Position numbers and translations under genes: made by a program
Shown here: positions 30,991 through 41,114 of the stretch, piece by piece
Layout: each line of letters begins with the position of its first letter
Position numbering within the stretch: position 1 is the stretch's first letter
Notes under the pieces: generated by a model
Database searches by the model: none
Seen by the model: only the letters and a program-made list of their open reading frames with translations
What the model was told of the DNA's origin: nothing
Virus record (IMG/VR): IMGVR_UViG_3300015050_000735
Location: 1-42,882 of that record
From: a virus
Direction: 5' to 3' (one strand)
DNA: 42,882 nt

Positions 30991-33478
30991 CGCAAACGTC
31001 ATCCAGACCAATTTCACCGCAGGCGAGATCAGCCCAAGGCTTTATGCCAGGGTGGACATCGCGAAATATCGCAATGGCTGTCAGAGGCTTGAGAACTTCA
31101 TTGTCCAGCGGTTCGGCGGGATCAGGAAGCGTGGTGGGACGGAGTATATCAACGAGATCAAGAGTTCGGCCAGCACGGTTCGCCTGGTCCCGTTCATTTA
31201 TTCGATCACACAAGCCTACATCCTGGAGTTTGGCAACACCTACATCCGCTTCTACACCAATGGCGGCGTGGTGGAGTCGGGCGGTTCCCCGGTTGAAGTG
31301 ACGACGCCGTGGGACGCGACGGAAGTATGGGATCTGCAATTCGTGCAGAGCGCGGATGTGCTTTACATCACGCATCCCGATTATGCGCCTCGCACTCTGT
31401 CCCGCACCAGTGCAACGGTCTTTGCGCTCGATGAACTGGAGTTTCTCGACGGGCCGTATCTCGAACTGAACGAGACGCCGACGACGATGACGCCGGCCGA
31501 AACCGGCCACGTCACGCCGATTATGACGACCAATACCGCACCCTCCGGGACGGCGGCGGATAGCGGCGGGGCTGCAACGGCGTGGCAGGTGTTCGATAGA
31601 AATCCCAATACCATCTTCGCCGTCGCGGCGAATACAGGCTGGGTATCCTACGACTTCGCCGGGGCTACGACGAAGGTTGCGGATGCCTACTGGCTTCAGG
31701 CGCATCCCCAAAGCAGTAGCTCGTCTTGGGCAGCTTCGGCATGGAACTTCGAAGGCTATGACGGGTCTAGCTGGATTGTTCTCGACAGCCGCAGCGATGA
31801 GCGCGGATGGGCTGCGGGCGAAAAGCGGTATTTCGAATTCAACAACGAAACCGCGTATCAGTCCTATCGGCTTACGGCGCTTGCGTCTGACAACTCCGAT
31901 GCTGCGTTCTCGTTTGCGGAACTGGCTATCCACGAACGGGCGCAGAACCAGACCGCATTCAATCTTACGGCGTCGGCGGTCACAGGTATCAACGACGACA
32001 CCGGGTTTCAGACGACCGATGTAGGGCGCCCGATCCGGTTGCTCGGCGGGGATGGTGTGTGGCGTTGGGCAAAGATCATTGCCAGGACATCCACGACTGT
32101 CGTCACGATTCAGCTTTACGGCCATGCCCTTCCCGATACGTCGCCGATCATCAACTGGCGTCTTGGCGCATGGTCGGATGAGACGGGCTGGCCCGCATGC
32201 GTCGGCTTCTACAACGGGCGCCTGTGCTTTGCCCGCACCGCAACCCAGCCGCAGACGGTGTGGATGTCGGTTGTGGACGACTTCACCAACTTCGCGGTGT
32301 CGTCTCCGCTTGAGGATGACGATGCGATCACGGCCACGATTACATCGGAGAGCCTGAACGAGATCAAGTGGCTTGCCGAATCCACAGACCTGTTTGTCGG
32401 CACGACCGCTGCAATTCGAACCATTGGCCCGACTGCCGGGTCGACGGCGTTCTCGCCGACCAATATCAAGCAGAAGCGAGAGACTAATTTCGGGGCATCC
32501 GAGATCTTCCCTGTTAGGGTTGGGACAACCGCGCTCTACTCCGGCTACTACCGCAAGGACATTCGCGAGATTTCCTATTCGTTCGAGTTGAACGGCTATG
32601 TCTCGCAGGACATGAGCATCCTTGCCGAACACGTCCTGTCCAAGGGCGTGAAGCAGATTGCCTATGCGCAGAACCCGGATTCAGTGGTGTGGATGGTGCT
32701 TGACAACGGCTCGCTTGCCGGAATGACCTATGAGCGGGATCAGGAAGTTGTCGCGTTCCATACCCATGTTCTCGGCGGAACCAGCGTCACGGTTGAAAGC
32801 GTTGCCTCTATCCCTGGAACAGGCTGGGATGAGGTATGGCTTGTCGTCAAGCGCACGATCAATAGTGGCACGGAACGCTATATTGAGCGGCTGACTGTCG
32901 GGCTGGACGATGCGGACGAACCCTATCTCGGCACGTTCCTCGATAGCCATCTGATTTACGACGGCGTCAGCACAGGAACGATTTCCGGGCTGGCTCACCT
33001 GAACGGCCAGAGCGTTTATGTGTGGGGCCTCCCGTCCACCGTTAGCCCCGGCGTCGATGCCGTGAAGCAAGGGCCGTTCACCGTGTCGGCCGGGTCGATC
33101 ACGCTGACCCAAAACATGACCTATGCCTGTGTCGGTCTGGCCTATACGTCCGACATGGAAACGCTCTCCCCGGAAGCGGCGGCTGCGGGTGGGACCGCTC
33201 AGGCGCAGTTGGGCAAGATTTCGGAAGTGTTCGTCCGCGTCAACCGCTCCTATTACGGTTCTCTCGGCCCGATGAACGGCACGCTGGAAGCGTTCGACTA
33301 TGCACAGTCCACCGATGTTGACGGCGACTATGGGTCGGCCACGGCGGCCTATACCGGAGATATTCGCGTGCAGATCGAGATGGATTGGAACCGTCAGAAG
33401 CGGCTCCTGCTGAGGCATAGCGACCCGTCGCCATTTCATTGCCTGGGCTTGATTGCTGAAACGAGAGTGAGCGGCTGA
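30983..33478 (+). CDS. Tail tubular protein B / nozzle (T7 gp12-like), 831 aa from the GTG at 30983, with an inserted discoidin-like domain
   Basis: VIQTNFTAGEISPRLYARVDIAKYRNGCQRLENFIVQRFGGIRKRGG is typical of gp12-like N-termini. It follows the adaptor gene. Confidence 0.78.
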   Translation: MPSANVIQTNFTAGEISPRLYARVDIAKYRNGCQRLENFIVQRFGGIRKRGGTEYINEIKSSASTVRLVPFIYSITQAYILEFGNTYIRFYTNGGVVESGGSPVEVTTPWDATEVWDLQFVQSADVLYITHPDYAPRTLSRTSATVFALDELEFLDGPYLELNETPTTMTPAETGHVTPIMTTNTAPSGTAADSGGAATAWQVFDRNPNTIFAVAANTGWVSYDFAGATTKVADAYWLQAHPQSSSSSWAASAWNFEGYDGSSWIVLDSRSDERGWAAGEKRYFEFNNETAYQSYRLTALASDNSDAAFSFAELAIHERAQNQTAFNLTASAVTGINDDTGFQTTDVGRPIRLLGGDGVWRWAKIIARTSTTVVTIQLYGHALPDTSPIINWRLGAWSDETGWPACVGFYNGRLCFARTATQPQTVWMSVVDDFTNFAVSSPLEDDDAITATITSESLNEIKWLAESTDLFVGTTAAIRTIGPTAGSTAFSPTNIKQKRETNFGASEIFPVRVGTTALYSGYYRKDIREISYSFELNGYVSQDMSILAEHVLSKGVKQIAYAQNPDSVVWMVLDNGSLAGMTYERDQEVVAFHTHVLGGTSVTVESVASIPGTGWDEVWLVVKRTINSGTERYIERLTVGLDDADEPYLGTFLDSHLIYDGVSTGTISGLAHLNGQSVYVWGLPSTVSPGVDAVKQGPFTVSAGSITLTQNMTYACVGLAYTSDMETLSPEAAAAGGTAQAQLGKISEVFVRVNRSYYGSLGPMNGTLEAFDYAQSTDVDGDYGSATAAYTGDIRVQIEMDWNRQKRLLLRHSDPSPFHCLGLIAETRVSG

Positions 33479-33972
33479 TGTGCATTATGGCGCTAGGTGG
33501 GCTTGCCGGCGTGCTTTCGGCGCTGGGAACCGTTGTCGGAGCAGCGGGGTCGATCGCGTCCGGCATTTCGGCGAACAACGTCGCGAAATACAATGCCGAG
33601 GTGGCGCAGAACAACGCCAATGCGGAGCGCCAGCGCGCGGCGTATGAGGCGGATATCACCAAGGGCAGGGTGCGCCAGGTTGTCGGTGCGCAAAGGGCCG
33701 CAGGGGCGGCTTCTGGCCTTGATGTGAGGTCGGGCACGCCTATTGCTGTGCTGGGAGATACGGCCAAATCGGGCGAACTGGACGTGCTGGCCCGGCTCTA
33801 TCAGGGGGAGAGCGCGGCAGTGGCTTATGAGAACGACGCCCGGCGCATGAAGGCAGAGGGCAAGGCTTCGCAGATGGGCGGCTTCATCAATGCCGGAACA
33901 TCGCTCCTGTCCGGCTTTGGCAACATGGCCGCGAAGCAGTATGCCAAGAAATACAACCCGATGGCGACCTGA
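33478..33972 (+). CDS. Internal virion protein (gp14-like position), 164 aa with N-terminal hydrophobic segment
   Basis: MCIMALGGLAGVLSALGTVVGAAGSIASGI followed by a helical region. TGATG coupling on both sides. Confidence 0.6.
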   Translation: MCIMALGGLAGVLSALGTVVGAAGSIASGISANNVAKYNAEVAQNNANAERQRAAYEADITKGRVRQVVGAQRAAGAASGLDVRSGTPIAVLGDTAKSGELDVLARLYQGESAAVAYENDARRMKAEGKASQMGGFINAGTSLLSGFGNMAAKQYAKKYNPMAT

Positions 33973-36482
33973 TGCCGAAGTTCCCAACATATGAGCGATC
34001 GGTGGGGCTGGGCGGGGGTGCCACGGCCTCCTATGCCTCGGATGGCGCATTCACCGCGCCTGGCCGTGCATTGGCAGGGCTGGGCGCAACTGTTGCCAAT
34101 CTCGGCGAGACGTTCGGCGCGGAAGCGGAGAAGATCCGCAATACGCAGGATGAGGCTTGGTTTTCCAAGGCCCGCGCACAAACCGCAACCGAGATGATTG
34201 CGGCAGAGCAGGAGGCGCAGAAAGCGGCGACCGGCGAGGCAGGGACATACATTGCGGATGTCGGGGAGCGGTTCAAGACCAGTCGGGATACTAAGCTTGC
34301 GGAAGCGCCAAGCCCGCGCGCGCAGCAGCTCTATACCCAATGGGCGGACAGCTATGGCGTAGACCTCACTCAAAGGTCTACCCGGTTCCAGGCTGAAAGC
34401 GAACTGACAAAGCGAACCGGCGATTTCGCCGAGGCGATGAACGCGCATTCTCAGGCGATCTTTGCCGATCCTGATCAGTATGACAGCGTCTACAAGCGCG
34501 CGATGGACGACTTCGAGGGCGCCCGCAAATGGATGACGCCTGAGCAGGAGACGAAGGCGCGGGAGACGGTCGACCGCAACCTGAAGCTCTCGCGTGCGAA
34601 GAGCATGGCGCAGTTCAAGCCGGAGGACTTCCTTGCCGAGGTCGGCCGCAACGTTAAAGTGCCGGGCGGTCCTCAGCAGTGGCGCGAAGCCATCTCATCC
34701 ATCGAAAGCGCTGGGTCTGGCGGATATGCCGCAATTGGCCCGCGTCATCCAAAGATGGGCCGCGCGCTGGGCAAATATCAGATTATGGAGTCCAACATTG
34801 GGCCGTGGTCGGAGAAGCATCTCGGCCGGCGGGTGACGGCTGAAGAGTTCATGCGCGATCCGAGCATCCAGGACGCGATCTTCGATGGCGAATTCGGCTC
34901 CTATGTGAAGCGGTTTGGCGACCCCGGTAAAGCCGCGCAGGCATGGATCGGCGGAACGGGTGGCGTGGGCAAGGTCGGGCGGAAGGACGTTCTCGGAACG
35001 AGCATCGGCGAATACGAGGCGAAATTCAATCGCGCCCTGTCCAAGCTAGGCGGCGGTGAGACGGAGATCAGGCAGGGCGGCGACTTCTCAAAAGACCCGC
35101 GCTATGCCGGCCTATCCATTGACGAGATCATGGCGTTGCAGAACGATGCGCAGCGCACGGTCAGCACCCAGCAAAGCACACAATACGCCTCGCTGAAAGA
35201 CCAATTGGAGCTTGGAATTGCCACGGGCCAGATCACGGGCGAAAACCAGATCCTCGGCTCGGGGCTGAATGGTGGCGACCAGGCAACGCTTCTCGGCAAA
35301 CTGCGCACTGCTCAGGAGGATGGCCGCAACCTCACGGAAGCATGGACCGCATTCCGTGACGGGTCTCTCTCGCTCGATTCCTACGACAGCAAGGCGAAAA
35401 CCCTTGTCGATCGGATGGAACGTTCGCTTATGCAGGACAGTGGCGCGACGGGTGATGCGACGAGTGGGGCATCGCCAAGCGCTACCATAGGAGGGGCTGC
35501 GGAACAGCCGACCGGAGGTCTTGGTCGGAGTATCAGGTCCATTTGGACTGACGAGATGGTTCGCCGCACGGGCATTGTTCCGATCGGCACGGTGTCCGAG
35601 ATCAATCGCGGGCTGGAAAGCGGTAAGGTAAAGGACGTGGCTGCCGCTGCTTCCCGCGCAGCGCGTATTCAACAGATTGATCCGGCCGCTCTCAGCAAGC
35701 GCGACAATGGCTCCAAGGCGGCTGACGCGGCCACGGCATTCAATCACTATGTCGATACAGTCGGAATGACCGAGGAACAGGCCGCGCAGAGGATTATTGA
35801 TCAGCGCGACCCTGAAAAGGTGGCGGCTCGCAAGTCGCTGATGGACTCGGAACCGGCGAAGAAGTTCATCAAGGACAAGGCGTCGGAAGCGACAGTCCGC
35901 GATATCTTCGATCCCGGCGTGTTTGGCTTCGACCCTCAGTTGGGAGAGAACCCGCGCCAGGCAGCGGCGATGGTCGGTGAATACCGGTCGATCCTGGAAG
36001 AAAGCCTGTTCGACGCGAATGGCGATGTGGACCTTGCCAAGACATATGCGGACCAGCGCTTTGCGCTTCGCTATGCGCCATCCTCGTTCACACTGGCCGG
36101 CGACAACATCATCACGCGCCTTCCCCCTGAGCGGACCTATCCGGCAGGGCAGGACGGGACGCACGACTATGTGCGCCAACAGGCTATCGAGACGCTGAAG
36201 GCGGAGGGCGTCGAGACGGAGAAGGTGTTTCTCCAAGCCGACGAGAACACGGACGCTGACTGGCGGGCGAAGAAGCCCGCGCGCTACCGGCTGTTTTACG
36301 AGAAGGACGGGAGCGTGGAGATGTTCAACTTCCCGTTCTATGCCGTTCCGCCAGAGGGGGCAGGTCTGTCAGGGAACAAGGCAAAGTGGGAAGAGAACAA
36401 GGCGCAGTTGGAAGCGGGCCGCAACCGTGACAAGTCCTTGGACAACTTCCTTGACGGTGATCCTCTGACGGGTGGCAACTGA
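33972..36482 (+). CDS. Internal virion protein with lytic transglycosylase (SLT) domain (836 aa)
   Basis: ISSIESAGSGGYAAIGPRHPKMGRALGKYQIMESNIGPWSEKHLG at about nt 34690..34830 is an SLT-type catalytic motif. Located in the ejection-protein block. Confidence 0.78.
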   Translation: MPKFPTYERSVGLGGGATASYASDGAFTAPGRALAGLGATVANLGETFGAEAEKIRNTQDEAWFSKARAQTATEMIAAEQEAQKAATGEAGTYIADVGERFKTSRDTKLAEAPSPRAQQLYTQWADSYGVDLTQRSTRFQAESELTKRTGDFAEAMNAHSQAIFADPDQYDSVYKRAMDDFEGARKWMTPEQETKARETVDRNLKLSRAKSMAQFKPEDFLAEVGRNVKVPGGPQQWREAISSIESAGSGGYAAIGPRHPKMGRALGKYQIMESNIGPWSEKHLGRRVTAEEFMRDPSIQDAIFDGEFGSYVKRFGDPGKAAQAWIGGTGGVGKVGRKDVLGTSIGEYEAKFNRALSKLGGGETEIRQGGDFSKDPRYAGLSIDEIMALQNDAQRTVSTQQSTQYASLKDQLELGIATGQITGENQILGSGLNGGDQATLLGKLRTAQEDGRNLTEAWTAFRDGSLSLDSYDSKAKTLVDRMERSLMQDSGATGDATSGASPSATIGGAAEQPTGGLGRSIRSIWTDEMVRRTGIVPIGTVSEINRGLESGKVKDVAAAASRAARIQQIDPAALSKRDNGSKAADAATAFNHYVDTVGMTEEQAAQRIIDQRDPEKVAARKSLMDSEPAKKFIKDKASEATVRDIFDPGVFGFDPQLGENPRQAAAMVGEYRSILEESLFDANGDVDLAKTYADQRFALRYAPSSFTLAGDNIITRLPPERTYPAGQDGTHDYVRQQAIETLKAEGVETEKVFLQADENTDADWRAKKPARYRLFYEKDGSVEMFNFPFYAVPPEGAGLSGNKAKWEENKAQLEAGRNRDKSLDNFLDGDPLTGGN

Positions 36483-39469
36483 TGCCCTTTGACCGGACCA
36501 CTCCCCTTGATGGCGGATATGTCGGCGTGTCGGAATATGACAGGCCAGACCCGGCGTTTCTCGACACGTTGGGCGCGGCCTTCCGCCAAGAGAACCTGAT
36601 CGGCTCCTACATCACTTCGGCGCGGCGGGAGGTGGACGACTTCTACAAGGTCGATCCGGCCTATAACCCCTTCGATGATCTCAAGGGCTATGAGGATTAC
36701 GCCGACAGGTTCGAAAGCGCATTCAATCCGAATGCCGCTGCTGCGATCAAGACGGACATCGACAAGGAAAAGAAGGACCGCGAAATCCTCGCTGCGTCGG
36801 GCTGGACCGGTGTTGGCCTTCAGATGGGCGCGGCGCTTGCAGACCCGACCATCCTGCTCCCCGGTGGCGCATTGGTTAAGGCGGGGCAGATCGGCTACAG
36901 GACAGGCCGCACGGCTGTTGCAGTCGGTGCTGCAGCGGGCATAGGCACAGCGGTCCAGGAAGCGGGTCTACAGGCCACGCAGGAAATCAGGCCGGGATCA
37001 GAGTCAGCGCTTGCCATAGGCGGCTCCATGCTGCTTGGCGGGCTGGTAGGCGCGGCGGGCGCAAAGTTCTTTTCCAATGCGGAATGGAACGCGTTCTCGC
37101 GCAGCCTTAAGGACGATCTCGCGTCTGAAGTCCCGAACCCGGATGAGATTGTCGAGACGATCGTCACGCGGGCACAGTCGGCCGGCGCCGCTGCGGTGGG
37201 CGACAATATCAAGCTGGACGATTTGGGCGTCGGTGGGCCGCGCATCGCACAGGCTATTGCCAAGGCAACGGCGGCGGCGAAGATCAACCCCGGCATCCAG
37301 ACCATGCTCTCGCCGTCGAAGAAGGTGCGCGAGACATATACACAGCTTGTCGATAACCCGATCTATTCCCGCATGAACATGGAAGGGCAAACGCTCGGCG
37401 CGGATGTGGAGAACCTGGTCAAGGAATACCAGCGCGGCATGTTGAGCCAGTGGGTCCGTTCGAGCCGCGACCTCTACAAGGAAGCCAAGACCGGCGGCTT
37501 TACCGGGACCAAGTCGGATTTCTATGAGGCCATATCGAAGGCCGGGCGCCGTGGCGATGTCGATCCGAACGGGAACGAGTTTGTCACGCGCGCCGCTCAG
37601 GAGGCAAGGGCCAAGGTCTTCGACCCGCTCCTGAAGCGCGCTCAGGCGATCGGGGTGCTGCCGGACGATATCAAGGTCGAGACGGCGGCAAGCTATGTCA
37701 CCCGCCTGTGGAGCCGCGAAACGCTGGTCGGGCGCGAAGACGAGTTCCGGTCTATTGCGCGGGACTATTTCCGAAAGGAGATCGCGAAGATCCCTGCGGA
37801 TAAGAGGCCGGATTTCGTCAACGAGGCGGACCTGAAGGATTATGTGGAGGAAGTCGTTTCGTCGGTATTCAACAACCTGACGGGGCGCGGGGCAGGGGAT
37901 GCGCCGTCATGGCTGGTTCCGGTCAAGCGCGGGCCTCTGAAGGAACGCACGTTCAAGATCGCCGATGCCCTGGTCGAGGACTTCCTGGAAAACGACATGG
38001 AACTGATCATGCGCCGCTACACGCGCGTGATGGGTGCTGAGGTCGGGCTTGCCGAGAAGTTCGGCCGGGCGGATATGAAGGATCAACTCGACGCCATCGG
38101 CAAGGATTACGAGGCGCTGCGGAAGCAGGCTAAGACGCCGGAAGAGCGAGAGAAGCTGACGCTGGACGAAAAGCGGGACCGCAAGAACCTGGAAGCCTTC
38201 CGCGACATGATCCGGGGCACCTATCGGGCGGCGGAAGAGTCGTCGGAATGGTCGCGTCTCACGCGCGGCGCGCTGGCGTGGAACTACATGCGCCTGCTGG
38301 GCGGCGTGGTGATGACGAGCCTGACCGATGCGTCCCGGCTGCTCGGCGTTCACGGCGTGCGCAACACGATGAAGGAAGCCCTCCCGGCCCTTGTGTCGAA
38401 TACGGAGGCAGTAAGGATCGCCAAGGCCGATGCGCGCGATCTCGGTGTCGTGTCGGAAACCGTCCTGCAAACCCGGCTGGCGTCACTTGCCGATCTGAAC
38501 GATCCATACGCCTACGGATCGAAGTTCGACCGCTATCTGTCCAATGCGACCAATCTGTTCTCCAAGGCGACGGGGCTTGCCTGGTGGAACGACACGATGA
38601 AGATGATGGCGTCGGTCATGACGCAGAATCGCATCCTGAAGAACGCGGCGGACTGGTCGAAGGCTGGTGAGCGGGAACGTGCCTATATGGCCTTCCTCGG
38701 CATCAACGAGGATATGGCCGGGCGCATCGCCAAGCAGTTCGAAAAGCACGGGGTGGAAGAGAACGGCATTCGCGGCGCCAACATCTCGCAATGGGATGAC
38801 GAGATCGCACGCCGTGCCTATGGCGCAGCTCTGGCAAAGGACGTTGACCGGACCATCATCACGAAGGGTGTGGCGGACACCCCTCTGTGGATGAAGACGA
38901 ATTGGGGCAAACTGATCATGCAGTTCAAGTCCTTCGGGCTTGCCTCGCATCAGCGCGTCCTCATTGCCGGGCTTCAGGAGCGCCCGCACAGGCTGGCGGA
39001 GCAACTGGTTTTCGCCACGGCCATTGGCATGATGATCTCCTATCTGAAGTTCGTGGAACGCGGGGATATGGATGAGGCCGAGAGGCTTTTGAAAAACCCC
39101 GGACTGTGGATCGCGAACGGGCTGGACAGGACCGGAATTCTGTCCCTACCATTTGAGGTGTCGAACACGGCCGAGAAGCTGGGCGCACCGTTCGGCATCA
39201 CCACGGCGATGCAGAAGATGGCAGGGGATGAAGATGTTGGCGGGCCAGTTTCTCGTTATGCCTCACGCAACAAGCTGGGCGCGGTGCTTGGGCCGAGCGC
39301 CGGGCTATTTCAGGATCTGGCCGTGATTGCCGAACAGCTTTCGAAGGGCGACCTGAAGCAGAGCGGGGCGAACGCCATCATCCGCCAGATCCCCGGCGCG
39401 ACACTGCCGGGTGTCAGAAGCGCGATCCACCTCGGGGTTAAGCCCGCGCTTGTGGACGCGGTGGAATGA
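36482..39469 (+). CDS. Large internal virion / ejection protein (995 aa)
   Basis: The size and position fit. Gly/Ala-rich hydrophobic segments (GAALADPTILLPGG..., AVAVGAAAGIGTAVQEAGL, LAIGGSMLLGGLVGAAGA). Confidence 0.68.
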   Translation: MPFDRTTPLDGGYVGVSEYDRPDPAFLDTLGAAFRQENLIGSYITSARREVDDFYKVDPAYNPFDDLKGYEDYADRFESAFNPNAAAAIKTDIDKEKKDREILAASGWTGVGLQMGAALADPTILLPGGALVKAGQIGYRTGRTAVAVGAAAGIGTAVQEAGLQATQEIRPGSESALAIGGSMLLGGLVGAAGAKFFSNAEWNAFSRSLKDDLASEVPNPDEIVETIVTRAQSAGAAAVGDNIKLDDLGVGGPRIAQAIAKATAAAKINPGIQTMLSPSKKVRETYTQLVDNPIYSRMNMEGQTLGADVENLVKEYQRGMLSQWVRSSRDLYKEAKTGGFTGTKSDFYEAISKAGRRGDVDPNGNEFVTRAAQEARAKVFDPLLKRAQAIGVLPDDIKVETAASYVTRLWSRETLVGREDEFRSIARDYFRKEIAKIPADKRPDFVNEADLKDYVEEVVSSVFNNLTGRGAGDAPSWLVPVKRGPLKERTFKIADALVEDFLENDMELIMRRYTRVMGAEVGLAEKFGRADMKDQLDAIGKDYEALRKQAKTPEEREKLTLDEKRDRKNLEAFRDMIRGTYRAAEESSEWSRLTRGALAWNYMRLLGGVVMTSLTDASRLLGVHGVRNTMKEALPALVSNTEAVRIAKADARDLGVVSETVLQTRLASLADLNDPYAYGSKFDRYLSNATNLFSKATGLAWWNDTMKMMASVMTQNRILKNAADWSKAGERERAYMAFLGINEDMAGRIAKQFEKHGVEENGIRGANISQWDDEIARRAYGAALAKDVDRTIITKGVADTPLWMKTNWGKLIMQFKSFGLASHQRVLIAGLQERPHRLAEQLVFATAIGMMISYLKFVERGDMDEAERLLKNPGLWIANGLDRTGILSLPFEVSNTAEKLGAPFGITTAMQKMAGDEDVGGPVSRYASRNKLGAVLGPSAGLFQDLAVIAEQLSKGDLKQSGANAIIRQIPGATLPGVRSAIHLGVKPALVDAVE

Positions 39470-39651
39470 TCTGGTTCGCATTCTTCGGGGCTGCTGTTGC
39501 CCTGTCTTATTGGGCTGGGCGCAATTCGCCCGGCTATGGCGTTGCCGTGTTCCTTGTGTCTGTTGCCCTGTGGCAGGTCGTGAACGACGGGCCGGGCAGT
39601 TTCCTGGAGCCGTCAGACTGCAACTACGGTCACGCCGCGCGCGACTGCTGA
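39466..39651 (+). CDS. Small membrane protein (61 aa)
   Basis: Two hydrophobic helices (IWFAFFGAAVALSYWA, GVAVFLVSVALWQVV). ATGA overlap with the upstream gene. Confidence 0.5.
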   Translation: MIWFAFFGAAVALSYWAGRNSPGYGVAVFLVSVALWQVVNDGPGSFLEPSDCNYGHAARDC

Positions 39652-39677
39652 CCTAACCGAACATCATCAAGCCATCC

Positions 39678-39703
39678 AAGCCGTCCTCCGGGGCGGCTTT
39701 TCT
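39678..39703 (+). terminator. Probable rho-independent terminator
   Basis: AAGCCGTCC-TCCG-GGGCGGCTT stem (one G-U pair) followed by TTCTG. Confidence 0.5.
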
Positions 39704-39718
39704 GCATGGAGAATCCGC

Positions 39719-40879
39719 ATGGGCGACGTTAATCAATGGCAGTTCCCCCCCAACATCGCCGGCAAGGTCGTTGGCTGGTCTGACAACGGGAAAGAGTTGG
39801 TCAATCGAAGCGTCGATGACATTTCAAAAGTCCAGACGCAGTTCGACAAGCAGGGCGCACTCTATGCCGCCTCGACATATGGAACGGACGCGGCGACGAA
39901 AATATCCGGGACACTCACTGGCGAGCATACGCAGGCGAAGTCCCTGCTGCATCTCGAAATGGTCAACGAGGGGTCTGGTCTTGCTACCGGACCTTCGCGC
40001 GCTGGCTACACCTTTACCGCCGCCGCGTTCAAGGAGGGGTATCCGAACCTCACGGCTGCTGATGGTGAGATAGACACGTCACTCTTTACCTATCGACAGG
40101 TCAATGGCGATGTGTGCGCCATCCTTGGGAACGGGGTGATCATCAACGGTTTTGGCGCCTTCATGGAGGCGGCATCCCAATCCATTGATGCGGTGACGTT
40201 TGCCACGAAGCATTCCATCCAGATCCATGCCGCTGTTGTGAATGACCGGGACGGCGGGGAGTGGGGCTATGACTGCGCGAAAATGGCGGGTCAAGGCGGC
40301 ACGGCATTCTATGGCTACAGCGCTACCGACGCCGGCTGGGATTACGGGCTACAGCTCCGGCACAAGGGGAAGACGCAGCTTGAACAGATCACGGCCAACG
40401 CTTCTCTGCGCATCTATCAGTTCGACACCCCCGCGAATTATTATGACATACGGGTGATCGCGGATGTTTTCACTCTGACCAACAGCGCCGGAGACAAACT
40501 AGGAATCGCGACTCCTGTGTCTGTGGGCTACACGCCGACCGCGACAGATGCGGATGGAGCGGATGCCCCCGTAGCAGCTACGATTTCTGGAGAATGGGAG
40601 TATGCCTCCTCCAAGGTGAGGAAAGTGTCGATCCAGGCAACCATGACGGATATCGGCGCCATGACCGGGGCAATTCGCCTCACTCTTCCGGCCACTGCTG
40701 TCAACCGGGGGACGTGCATCAAGTATTGGGTCGGGGAGAATCTCAACACTGGTGCCACCCTGCGCGGTCGTGTTCTGCCGAACACCGCCTATGTCTATGT
40801 CGTAAAAGCGAACGATAACAGTTTCCCGTGTGTCAACGGTGACCTGATCTACATCGCAGGCGAATACGAGACGGCCTGA
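39719..40879 (+). CDS. Tail fibre/spike (receptor-binding) protein candidate (386 aa)
   Basis: GGAGAA Shine-Dalgarno. It is the last large structural ORF. Gly/Thr/Ala-rich and beta-like. No specific family recognised. Confidence 0.55.
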   Translation: MGDVNQWQFPPNIAGKVVGWSDNGKELVNRSVDDISKVQTQFDKQGALYAASTYGTDAATKISGTLTGEHTQAKSLLHLEMVNEGSGLATGPSRAGYTFTAAAFKEGYPNLTAADGEIDTSLFTYRQVNGDVCAILGNGVIINGFGAFMEAASQSIDAVTFATKHSIQIHAAVVNDRDGGEWGYDCAKMAGQGGTAFYGYSATDAGWDYGLQLRHKGKTQLEQITANASLRIYQFDTPANYYDIRVIADVFTLTNSAGDKLGIATPVSVGYTPTATDADGADAPVAATISGEWEYASSKVRKVSIQATMTDIGAMTGAIRLTLPATAVNRGTCIKYWVGENLNTGATLRGRVLPNTAYVYVVKANDNSFPCVNGDLIYIAGEYETA

Positions 40880-41047
40880 TCACCATAGCGGCGGCGTTGG
40901 CGGTTCCTGCCCAAGCCTAAGCATCAACAGCGCCATGCCCACAAGCGCGACAAGGCTGAGGATGCCAAGCACTACGAGTCCGATGTCCTTCCATGACAGG
41001 ACGATCTCGCCCTTCCATCTGGCTCTGTCGCGCGTCAGTTCGTCCAT
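40880..41047 (-). CDS. Small single-pass membrane protein (55 aa) on the reverse strand, below the ORF-track cutoff
   Basis: Hand translation gives MDELTRDRARWKGEIVLSWKDIGLVVLGILSLVALVGMALLMLRLGQEPPTPPLW. GGAGAGGA Shine-Dalgarno and high GC3. The stop abuts the fibre gene stop. Confidence 0.5.
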   Translation of the reverse strand: MDELTRDRARWKGEIVLSWKDIGLVVLGILSLVALVGMALLMLRLGQEPPTPPLW

Positions 41048-41114
41048 ATCATCCTCTCCGTTGCGGCAAGCCTAGACCGGCTCCCGCCCGACTTCAACAC
41101 ATAAGGAAACCGAC

